Below are positions 50,967 to 62,600 of a stretch of 64,000 nt of DNA, piece after piece; position 1 is the first letter of the stretch, and each line of letters begins with the position of its first letter. Source of the DNA: Balanoglossus misakiensis (lineage: Eukaryota; Animalia; Hemichordata); contig CM082586.2 of the NCBI GenBank assembly GCA_040954595.2, forward strand, positions 10,075,337-10,139,336, in the 5' to 3' direction. Below the pieces are notes generated by a model. The model saw only the letters and a list, made by a program, of their open reading frames with translations, was not told the DNA's origin and searched no databases. The translations under genes and the position numbers were made by a program.

Positions 50967-53900
50967 GGGGAAAATCATTAAAAAATGACAAATTATCGAC
51001 TTTGCAAAATCTCACAATTTCGTCGATTTTTGAAAAAAACCATTGGGGGAAAATCATCAAAAAATGACAAATTATCGACTTTGCAAAATCTCAACATTTC
51101 GTCGATTTTTGAAAAAAATCATGGGTGAAAATCATCAAAAAATGACAAATTTTAGACTTTGCAAAATCTCAAAATTTCGTCGATTTTGAAAAAAATCATA
51201 GGTTCGTCGATTTAAAAAAAAAACATGGGTGAAAATCATCAAAAAATGACAAATTTTCGACTTTGCAAAATCTCACAATTTCGTCGATTTTTGAAAAAAA
51301 TCATGGGAGAAAATCATCAAAAAATGACAAATTTTCGACTTTGCAAAATCTCAACATTTCGTCGATTTTTGAAAAAAATCATAGGTGAAAATCATCAAAA
51401 AATGACAAATTTTTGACTGCAAAATCTCAACATTTCGTCGATTTTTGAAAAAAATCATGGATGAAAATCATCAAAAAATGACAAATTTTCGACTTTGCAA
51501 AATCTCAACATTTCGTCGATTTTTGAAAAAAATCTTGGGTGAAAATCATCAAAAAATGACAAATTTTCGACTTTGCAAAATCTCAACATTTCGTCGATTT
51601 TTGAAAAAAATCATGGGTGAAAATCATCAAAAAATGACAAATTTTCGACTTTGCAAAATCTCAAAATTTCGTCAATTTTTGAAAAAATCATGGGTGAAAA
51701 TCATCAAAAAATGACAAAATTTTCGACTTTGCAAAATCTCAAAATTTCGTCGATTTTGAAAAAAATCATAGGTTCGTCTTTTTTTTAAAAAAAAAACATG
51801 GATGAAAATCATCAAAAAATGACAAATTTTTGACTTTGCAAAATCTCACAATTTCGTCGATTTTTGAAAAAAATCATGGGTGAAAATCATCAAAAAATGA
51901 CAAATTTTCGACTTTGCAAATTCTCAAAATTTCGTCGATTTTAAAAAAAAACATGGGGGAAAATCATCAAAAAATGACAAATTATCGACTTTGCAAAATC
52001 TCACAATTTCGTCGATTTTTGAAAAAAATCATGGGTGAAAATCATCAAAAAATGACAAATTTTCGACTTTGCAAAATCTCAACATTTCGTCGATTTTTGA
52101 AAAAAATCATGGGTGAAAATCATCAAAAAATGACAAATTTTCGACTTTGCAAAATCTCAAAATTTCGTCCATTTTTGAAAAAAAATCATGGGTAAAAATC
52201 ATCAAAAAATGACAAATTTTCGTCTATGCAAAATCTCAAAATGTCGTCGGTTTTTGAAAAATAATATGGTTGAAAATCATCAAACAATGACAAAATTATC
52301 GACTTTGCAAAATCTCACAATTTCGTCGATTTTTGAAAAAAATCATGGGTGAAAATCATCAAAAAATGACAAATTTTCGACTTTGCAAAATCTCAAAATT
52401 TCGTCGATTTAAAAAAAAAATCATAGGTTCGTCGATTTAAAAAAAAACATGGGTGAAAATCATCAAAAAATGACAAATTTTCGACTTTGCAAAATCTCAC
52501 AATTTCGTCGATTTTTGAAAAAAATCATGGGAGAAAATCATCAAAAAATGACAAATTTTCGACTTTGCAAAATCTCAACATTTCGTCGATTTTTGAAAAA
52601 AATCATTGGGGAAAATCATCAAAAAATGACAAATTTTCGACTTTGCAAAATCTCAAAATTTCGTCGATTTTGAAAAAAATCATAGGTTCGTCGTTTTTTT
52701 AAAAAAAAAAACATGGGTGAAAATCATCAAAAAATGACAAATTTTTGACTTTGCAAAATCTCACAATTTCGTCGATTTTTTAAAAAAATCATGGGTGAAA
52801 ATCATCAAAAAATGACAAATTTTCGACTTTGCAAAATCTCAAAATTTCGTAAATTTTTGAAAAAAAGTCATGGGTGAAAATCATCAAAAAATTACAAATT
52901 TTCGTCTTTGCAAAATCGCAAAATTTCGTCGATTTTTGAAAAAAAAAAATCATGGGTAAAAATCATCAAAAAATTACAAATTTTCGACTTTGCAAAATCT
53001 AAAAATTTTGTCGATTTTTGAAAAAAATCATGGGTGAAAATCATCAAAAAATGACAAATTTTCGACTTTGCAAAATCTCAAAATTTCGTCGATTTTTGAA
53101 AAAAAAAACATGGGTGAAAATCATCAAAAAATGACAAATTTTCGACTTTGCAAAATCTCAAAATTTCGTCCATTTTTGAAAAAAAATCATGGGTAAAAAT
53201 CATCAAAAAATGACAAATTTTCGTCTATGCAAAATCTCAAAATGTCGTCGGTTTTTGAAAAATAATATGGTTGAAAATCATCAAACAATGACAAAATTAT
53301 CGACTTTGCAAAATCTCACAATTTCGTCGATTTTTGAAAAAAATCATGGGTGAAAATCATCAAAAAATGACAAATTTTCGACTTTGCAAAATCTCAAAAT
53401 TTCGTCGATTTAAAAAAAAATCATAGGTTCGTCGATTTAAAAAAAAACATGGGTGAAAATCATAAAAAAATGACAAATTTTCGACTTTGCAAAATCTCAC
53501 AATTTCGTCGATTTTTGAAAAAAATCATGGGAGAAAATCATCAAAAAATGACAAATTTTCGACTTTGCAAAATCTCAACATTTCGTCGATTTTTGAAAAA
53601 AATCATTGGGGAAAATCATCAAAAAATGACAAATTTTCGACTTTGCAAAATCTCAAAATTTCGTCGATTTTGAAAAAAATCATAGGTTCGTCGTTTTTTT
53701 AAAAAAAAAAACATGGGTGAAAATCATCAAAAAATGACAAATTTTTGACTTTGCAAAATCTCACAATTTCGTCGATTTTTTAAAAAAATCATGGGTGAAA
53801 ATCATCAAAAAATGACAAATTTTCGACTTTGCAAAATCTCAAAATTTCGTCCATTTTAAAAAAAAAAAATGGGGGAAAATCATCAAAAAATGACAAATTT

Positions 53901-54669
53901 TCGACTTTGCAAAATCTCAAAATTTCGTCGATTTTGAAAAAAACCATTGGGGGAAAATCATCAAATAATGACAAATTATCGACTTTGCAAAATCTCACAA
54001 TTTCGTCGATTTTTGAAAAAAATCATGGGTGAAAATCATCAAAAAATTACAAATTTTCGACTTTGCAAAATCTCAACATTTCGTCGATTTTTGAAAAAAA
54101 TCATGGGTGAAAATAATCAAAAAATGACAAATTTTCTACTTTGCAAAATCTCAAAATTTCGTCCATTTTAAAAAAAAAACATGGGGGAAAATCATCAAAA
54201 AATGACAAATTTTCGACTTTGCAAATTCTCAAAATTTCGTCGATTTTGAAAAAAACCATTGGGGGAAAATCAACAAAAAATGACAAATTATCGACTTTGC
54301 AAAATCTCACAATTTCGTCGATTTTTGAAAAAAATCATGGGTGAAAATCATCAAAAAATGACAAATTTTCGACTTTGCAAAATCTCAACATTTCGTCGAT
54401 TTTTGAAAAAAATCATGGGTGAAAATCGTCAAAAAATGACAAATTTTCGACTTTGCAAAATCTCAAAATTTCGTCCATTTTTGAAAAAAAATCATGGGTT
54501 AAAATCATCAAAAAATGACAAATTTTCGTCTTTGCAAAATCTCAAAATTTCGTCCATTTTAAAAAAAAAAACATGGGTGAAAATCATCAAAAAATGACAA
54601 ATTTTCGACTGCAAAATTTCAAAATTTCGTCGGTTTTTGAAAAATAATATGGGTGAAAATCATCAAAAA
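50967..54669. repeat. 78-bp satellite, diverged edge segment containing a 1000-bp local duplication
   Basis: Same monomer and orientation. Rare variants aaaatgtcgtcgg and caaacaatg recur at ~52240/53240 and ~52281/53282; ORFs 52449/53449. Confidence 0.97.
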
Positions 54670-54697
54670 TAGCGTCAAGGACACTGTGGTCCCATTT
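54670..54697 (-). other. Helentron 3' terminal structure (subterminal inverted repeat plus hairpin)
   Basis: tagcgtcaaggacactgtggtcccattt is identical at 33233-33260, 35804-35831 and 54670-54697; sequences diverge immediately afterwards (gagg vs aaac). Confidence 0.93.
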
Positions 54698-55404
54698 AAA
54701 CAGTGGAGTACGGAGATGAGGGGTGCCACAGTAGCAGAGGTAGGTAAGGCATCCAGTGTCTATTTTGCTGAATTGGGCAGCATACTGAAATTCAATGTTT
54801 AAGCACGAAAGAAGGGAGCAGGCAGTGTACGTTTTCTGTAGTTTAATTATAAATCATGTAAAAGTAATAAATATAACAATGGGAATGAGTTGTGTTGCAT
54901 ATAAATTGTTTTAAAGAAATGAAATTGAATGACGCAATAAAAAATGTAATGGAAGCAGTAAAAAATGTCAAAGTAAATAAAGAGAACAGTAACAAGTATA
55001 AATTATGTTGAATGGTACAAAATACTAAAGAAATGTTAAATATAAAATGTATCACTGAAGAACGTGTAAACTGAAATAAAAAAATCATTGGAAAAAATGT
55101 CTAATTAAATGAAGCAGTCAAAAATTGTCTAACCTAGGGGAAAAAAACAGTGAAAAATGTCAAATCAAGTAGAGAAATGTGAATGTCACATAAAAAAAAG
55201 GCAAGAAAGAAAATGACAAACTGAACAAATAACTAAAAGCATGTGAAATAAAAAGAATGTGTCACTAAAAAATGTCTTCAAGTGTAATAAAAAAAGCAGG
55301 GAAGGAAATGTTATAATGAATGAATGGAGGGAGCGCTGGTAAAGTGTGTAATCGGGAAAGGGTTGTGGAATGGAGAGCAAATGAAGGCAGTACGTTGAAA
55401 AACA

Positions 55405-57858
55405 CTAGTTTTTGAAAGTGGTGATGGTGTTGGCAGAGTTGGCCTTAAATTGGAGCTCGCGTCCATCGCAGATGTCGGTGACGGCGTCCTGCAGTTGTTT
55501 CTGGGTGGTGTTGACGGGGTTAATGGAGAATTTTCTGAGTAAATACTTGGTCTCCTTTGGGTAGATCTTGTATGTGTCAAGGTCATCACCGGTTTGTATT
55601 AAGAGGGAAAGTATTGTGCCTGGTCTGCAGGATGGGCTTTTATTCTTTCTGCAGAAACGACATCTGAAAGAAATGAGAAATAGGCAATGTTGAAGTTGGT
55701 GGAATAAATATGTTGATTGCTGGCTGATGTGGAAAGGGTGTAACATGCAGTAATGTGGAAGAATATAAGTATTGAAGTAAAGTTGAATAAGGGATGTTAC
55801 GGATGTCATGTGAATATTTAGTTGTAAGGAAGCCAATTGGATTGTTGGGATATAAGGAAGAGATGTTATTGAGTGGCTGTGCACTGGTAAATTTTTCCAG
55901 CGGAATGGCTTATGTCTGAAAATGGGACATTGCATGAAAAAACTGCTATGTATAGCTCAGCTGGTGTCTGCACACAAGGTATTGAGGGGCTGGTGGTAAG
56001 TGCGGATGAAGAGGAATTTTGGATTACCTGTTGCTGTCATTGAGAAATCCATTGCACCGAGGCGCATCTGCACATAAGAGAACTCTCTGTAGATTGGAGA
56101 GCCCTTGTAATGTCCCGGTTGTCCAGTTTGAGCTGTCATCGGAATCCGCCGATAAGGTGTCTGTAGTGTTTTGGTGTGATAGGGTTTCATGAGCCTGAAA
56201 TAGAATTAGGGAAAGATTAGATTACCTGCGTGTGTTTTTGATAAATGAAGCTGTGGTTCGTGTGTCTGGAAATGTAGATGCTGAATTGGATGTTTGAAGA
56301 ACTGAATAATGACAACAGCGGATAATATATGTTGTCTACTATTATGTTGAATAATGTAGCTCTGAGGAAGAAGCTTTGATTGCAAAACAAAGTACTGAAC
56401 GCATTTGGAAAAGTGGAAACGAAAGTTTGGAATAGTATTGAAATGTTACTTGTGGATTCACTATATGTTGTCATGGGCAAAGAAAAAGAAATGTGAATAT
56501 TGTAATGAATTGTTTGAGCAGGGAATACAGGAAAAACAGTGGACAGTTTCAGTATAGTCAAGTTGTTTGTAGTGAACATAATACCTGAAAACGAAAGGGG
56601 TGGTACCAGGACAATTTCCTGTTGGTATACACTGTATAGTGTATTGTATTGACTGATCAGTGAAGTACTTACCGATACTGATATTGTGGTGGATTGCCTG
56701 GATGTGAGGCGGTTGTTGAACGAGGCAGCTTTCTTCACATTGGTAATAGTTATAACATCACCAGTGGTGAGCTCACACTTCGTAAGATCTCCCCATACGG
56801 TTAGTTTGTACACCCCTGAGCTGTCTCCAAGTCCAATAGTTCTGCGTGGTAATTTGCCGTACCGGGTGTGGGTGGCTTTGGTGTTTTGAACCTAAAAGAC
56901 AGAAGAAGTAATAAACAAATGGAAAACGGTAAAGAGTGTACCATGAGGTTTGTGAGATGAACGGTCGGGAAAAGGTGAGGTGGGGGTAGAAGTCAATAGG
57001 AAACGGACCTTTCTACCCTTCGAGGTCGATAGGGAACGGACCCCTCTCCTGTGCATCGAGGGATCTTCACGACGTGGAATAGCATTGCATACGCGGTTGT
57101 TCGGTGTACGGTACGTGACCAGCTGTGGTGAAGGTCGTGTAACGTCGGGAAAACGAAGACGGTCATTGTATATATGGGTAACAGAGGAGTGAATGAAGTC
57201 AATAAAGCGTAAGCGAAATGTTCGTGATCTTGTGGAAAACACGACTACGTCAATTAAAGTAACGTGTTGGTGTTGATTTGTGGCAGAGTTTATTCGTGAC
57301 AATGGAAGTGGGCGGGTAATCCGATTACGTGAGATTGTTGTTGGCCGCGAAATATCTAGGGCGAAAATGGGTGAATTGTGAAATGAGTGAGCATTTTAAG
57401 TGTAAACTTACCCTTACTACATTTCCTGATATGTTGTGATAATTGGTGTTGTCGGCAATTGCTGCGGCCATAGTGACAACAGCAGCAGTGGGTGCTTGCT
57501 CTGTCATGCGACAGCGAAGTCCGTGAGCCTCGGTTGCGACACTTTCAGGAATGTTGAGGTCCACCCTATTAACAGCCAAGGTGGAGCCTTGGTTGATGGA
57601 AATCCCGTTGGAACGCACGTAAATTTTCGGACCAAGAAATAGTGTACTTCCTTCATTTGCTCTCAATAAAGACAACGTGTCTTCTCTGGTTGACCAGATA
57701 TACAGAGTGGTGGCAGCGGTGTGGTCTGCCACCACAGCCCGTTTAAATTTTTCGTTGGTCGAGGTATTTTCATAGTAGATTAGTTTAACTTGAGTGGTAA
57801 CATCGTGGTAGGTGTTGGTCTCTTTCTGGCTTAATTCTTTTAGTGTTGATTTTGGCAT
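55405..57858 (-). CDS. Spliced RPA1 (RPA70)-like ssDNA-binding protein, ~363 aa; coding exons 57858-57412, 56891-56673, 56194-56028, 55663-55405
   Basis: Assembled by hand: all introns are GT-AG (donors GTAAGT, GTAAGT, GTAATC; pyrimidine-rich acceptors), phases 0/0/2 are compatible, total 1092 nt ending in TAG. OB-fold-like segments (RAVVADHTAATTLYIW; IGLGDSSGVYKLTVWGD...GDVITITNVK) and a four-Cys zinc ribbon CADAPRC...CRFC in the third domain. Confidence 0.82.
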
Positions 57859-58580
57859 CTGTACGGAAGAAACAAAGGTGAAATTATAAGACTGTGGTTT
57901 CACGATCAGTGGTTGAATGTACATGATGGTGGAAACTATATCATCAAGGGGAAAACGCCAAACGAAAGGATTAATAGATTGGCATGTAGTTGCCACAAAT
58001 CAGACGTGAGGGTCTCATCAGCGATCAGGTTTGCATTGAAAGTTTCAGAATGAAGAGTCTCTGGTAGTTGATGTTCAAATGAAATTACCAATTGTAATGT
58101 ATCGAAGAATTCACACGGGTCACCAAAAACTTTGAAATGGGCGCAATGAGTGCTGTTAACTGGAGAACAGTAGTACAAGCGTATTGTTGAAAATGAGACA
58201 CGGCGGATGTTTGCGCCAATTGGCAAAACTTGTTCGTGTGTTGCGTCAGTTAACAGTTGCGAATGTGTGTACAGCTTTTTTGGGGGAAAACTGAACGACA
58301 GATTTTGTAATGTACGGAGAGCAGTGCATGGGCCGAGCTTTGCAGACGTAATTGTCTGGTTATGAATATTCCAAAGAGAGCCAATTGGCGTACCGATATT
58401 TTGTTGACGTTGAACGAAACGACAGTGGGGTGGTAGGTCAAATGGTGGGGCTTTGAAATGTCCCGCGGTATTTGACCAATGGAGTTGGCTTTCACTGTAG
58501 ATTAAGCACCCGTGAATTTTTCGTACACAGTGTGGCATAATGAACCAAAGCAAGGAAATAAAAAATAAAGTATAACTTAC

Positions 58581-58750
58581 TGTGTGAGTGTGGTACTTGC
58601 GGTGAACTAGACTGTGTGGATATAGTCTGTGCGGCTTGTTGTTCTGGATGAAAAAGGTGGGAAAGTGTGGTACGATGACCGATGTGCGCTGGAAAGTTGA
58701 AAGCGACGCGATGTTGTAGTTTCAGGAGTCAGGGAGCGAATGCGGTGAGC
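58581..58750 (-). other. Probable non-coding 5' exon of the RPA-like gene (upstream limit uncertain)
   Basis: GTAAGT donor at 58580. The ATG at 57858 is immediately preceded by an acceptor (ctttgtttcttccgtacag), which implies an upstream exon. Confidence 0.45.
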
Positions 58751-59172
58751 TCGCAGAAGTGTATGAGTGGACTTTCCGAAGACGACGCGTGAAAAATTTA
58801 ATAATTGACGGACACAATGGATTTGCACCAATAGTAATACACAGAAATTGCCGACAAAGACAGTTTCGCAAAGGAACACGTGTGTATTGTTTACAAATAT
58901 GACGTAACCGCCAGCGTGCAGATGAAAACAGAACGTGTTTACATGTTCAAAGCCAAGGAAGTCGATTGCTCCAGGGTTCTGAAAAACATTTCCGGTTGTG
59001 CATGACCGACAGGATGTTTGTTCGTAATCTGTCAATGTGATGAGATGTGTACCACATGTTAGCAATAAAATGGTGCCGTTTTGGTGTATAGGGGGAGATA
59101 CCGATTATGTAAATAAACTGGTAATGTGACAGGGCAGTTGTCATTGCAATGATGGACACAGTAATGTTGTTG

Positions 59173-59480
59173 TCAGGTTGTTTTCATTAAGTGTGACAGC
59201 AGCATGTATAGTTTTGACCAAATGTTTTTCAAGGTGCCACTTTTGATATGTGGTATATTGGCAAGTATAAGAACTAATGCAAAATGGTAGTCTGTTGTTT
59301 CTTCATTAAGTTGTTGACATTTCAAAGTACCCATTGCTGTGGGTGGGCAAAGATATGTCACCATTGAAGTCCCCGATAATGAACACTGGTTTATTGACAT
59401 AGATGAAATCTAGCAGTGGTGTACTGTCCTTTGTGAATGTTGTACGTTGGCATGTTGGTACTGACACTTGGTAATAATGG
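59173..59480 (-). pseudogene. Degenerate, frameshifted duplicate of the APE endonuclease C-terminus
   Basis: KPVFIIGDFNGDISLP and CQQLNEETTDYHFALVLI...TLKNIWS, in two frames, parallel KPILIMGDFNFDILLP and CRQLIKEETTDQHSALDLI...TIENSWS of the main ORF. Confidence 0.8.
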
Positions 59481-59622
59481 TTTGTGGTGTAGCAATAATT
59501 GCACATATTGACTCATACATGTATGTAATATGGGAAATAAGTGTATTTGAAATCTGCTGTTGTCATTTAATTCTTATGTGTTGTCTTTTATGATTATGTC
59601 TATAATCTAACACTGATTAATT

Positions 59623-62600
59623 TCAAGTGAATTGGCTGGGGTGAATGGCTGCATACACGGCCTTGTGATCAGACCATGAGTTTTCTATTGTGTCATAGGT
59701 AGTTGTGAAGAAGTTAAGAAAAATTAAGTCCAGAGCAGAATGCTGATCAGTTGTTTCTTCCTTTATTAGTTGCCGACAGTTACAAATTGATGTCATAAAG
59801 TGGAGGAAAGCAGTACTGGTATTAGGTAGTAGAATGTCAAAATTAAAGTCACCCATTATTAATATTGGTTTTGTCAAATCTAGTAGTGGCAGGAGATACT
59901 GTTGAAATTGTTGTTTGAATGTGTGGATTGTGCACTGAGGGGATTTATAGATCATAATGATTTGAAGTAGTTTATTTTGAATTAGGATGTTGGCTTTTAT
60001 AAATTCGAACACTTTTGTTGAATGGCACTTGATATGAATCACTTGATATGAATCTTTGACATACAATACAAGACCATGATAGGGTCTTGTGAAATTTACA
60101 GCAGTGTTGTCAATATGCACATCTTGGTCATTCCTGAATAGTAGATAATTTGGGAGATTGTAGGCTTCATTGGTATCATTAGTTGTTAATCTGGATTCAG
60201 CAATTCCGATAACATCAGCAGCAATTATATTGTGGTCACTGCATAAATCTGCAAAATGTTTATGGAGTGATCTAGCGTTTTGATATACTACTTTGCAGTG
60301 GTCATGAGGGAGGGCATATAATGGTTTGAAGCATAATTGAAGTTGGCTGTCATCACGGAGTCTTTTCATTTCATTGTGAACTGCTTCAGATATTGCGATT
60401 TTATTTTTATTCAACTCCAGTATCTGAAGTCCACTTATTGTACGCACTCTACTTATTGCGACATAATGTATATGGTCAATTTTTCTTGTACCCATATGGA
60501 TTATTACCTTATCAAGTGTATCACCCTGAGATTTGTGAATAGTTTTTGCAGCAGACGGTCTAAGTGGAAATTGAATTCTCATGACAGATACATGTTTGTA
60601 ATATTTACTGGTAGGAAACTGGCGTTTAATGTCAAATATTGGAGTCAATTGTTTACCAATTTCTGGTTGATGCAAATGTTTGTATTTATGTCTTCTTAAT
60701 AGACCAACATTTTTATCATCAAATTGAACCCAAATTATACTGGGGCGGTTGTTTGATGTTCCTGTCATTCTGTGGTCTATTTGTTGCACTACACAACTGG
60801 CACCATTTGTCATACCATCCTCAACATCAACATTGGCAGTGAGATCATATCGCAGTCCAACAGCTATAGGTGCTTGTGATAATAAACCACATGTTTTGGA
60901 TGGATCTTTTGGAATGGTCTTCAAAAGCTGTGCTTTCACTTGTTGTGAGACATCACCAATAACTGTGTCCAGTGCTGGTACAACAAGTTTATGGGATGTA
61001 GCATTTTGGTAAACTTTATCATTATGTGACTCTACCATTGCATTGGTGGTGTATAAATGAGGAATGGACTCGTTGAGTGGTTGATCATGAGATATTACAT
61101 AGTTTTGCAATTCAGAAATATCTTCATCTGTGTGCCTCCCTTCTCTCAATCTATTCAATAGTTGAGCAAAGTCTTCATCATCTTTCTGTCTCATGATCTG
61201 TGTTAGTTCATGCATGGTGAAATGTTCTTTCCACAGATTAGTTGCTAATGGGCCATACTCTTTTGTTAGGTCTTTGAATATCCAGCCATCCATTACTGGT
61301 TTGAGTTGAAATAAATCACCAACAGTTATCATTGAAACACCACCAAATACTTGATTGTTACCTTTTATTTGTTGAAGTCGGAGATTTATGAAATTTAAAA
61401 GCTCATGGCCTACCATGCTGATTTCATCAATGATTACAACTGATAAATGTTGATATTTACTTCGCAAAGTATTAAGTTTATCGCTATCCAGTGGTTTGTA
61501 TTTATAACCTTGACTTGCAGGTACTTTGAAAGCTGCATGAATAGTACTACCATTGATATGATAGGCTGCTTTACCAGTTGGCGCACATAACAATAAACGA
61601 CAGTCGAGTGGTGATTCACCAGCAATTGAACACAGATAGCGATGTAATGCCTGATATATTGCTCGGATTACAACTGACTTTCCTGTACCAGCACCCCCTG
61701 TGATAAATATATGCATTGGATCATGATTTGTCTTGACTGATTTCAAAACATGATGAAATATTTCCCTTTGTTTTACATTGAGAGATCTCACAAGTTTGTG
61801 ATATTGTTCATCAGGGATACGTCCTGGGACGTTGCTGGTGTCATCAGTGGTGACAGTCGTATTCATACCAATGTCAACACCTATATCATAAGTGGTATGT
61901 TCTGGTTGGTCATCAGGTTGAAAGTATATGAAATGATCATTTGGTGTAGTAGTTCCTTCTTCTAGATCATCTCTCTCAGCATGTTGCGTATTTGGAGCAA
62001 TCTGATCAAATGCATTTAAATCATCATTATCAAGTTGCTCTGCAGCTGTAGTGGCTTGATCTATCAACTCTGAATTATGTTCATACTTATCTATGGTTTG
62101 TGCAATAATGTGTTTGTTATGATTATAAGATTCTTGAAAGGTGGCACAACTGTTTAGAAGGTCAGAGCTTTCATTTCTCCATGGCATGTACAGCAACAAT
62201 TTTTCACGACAGTAATTTTCATAGTCAACTTTCTTACTATAATTGACATAGCGTATTATACACGGATTTACACGTTCTTGTATTTTCATACCATTTTTGA
62301 GAATGATATTTATTTTACTTGTCATATTGTCAGATTCTGAGTCCACACCTAAATCAGGGTCATCATGATCATCATCATTTATATCTTGTGGATAATTATC
62401 AGTGCATTTGGTTGAATATGTGACTCTAAGTTTAGATGCATAATCTGCAAGACACCAATTTTCTAATGCTTTTGGCCGTCTAGCATAACGTTTGATTAGA
62501 TTGTCACTTTCTATGTCAGTAGATTCTGCTGGTGTATTTTCAAGGGCAGTTTTGCTTTTGAGCAGGAATGTTCTTTGATCAGGTGGTGATGTGTTTATAA

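Noticed and set aside
55186-59159. Standalone ORF-track calls of 223, 198, 176, 205, 152 and 136 aa as separate genes
   Set aside because: Three are exons of the spliced RPA-like gene extended into introns. The others lie in introns or upstream sequence and show no recognisable motifs.
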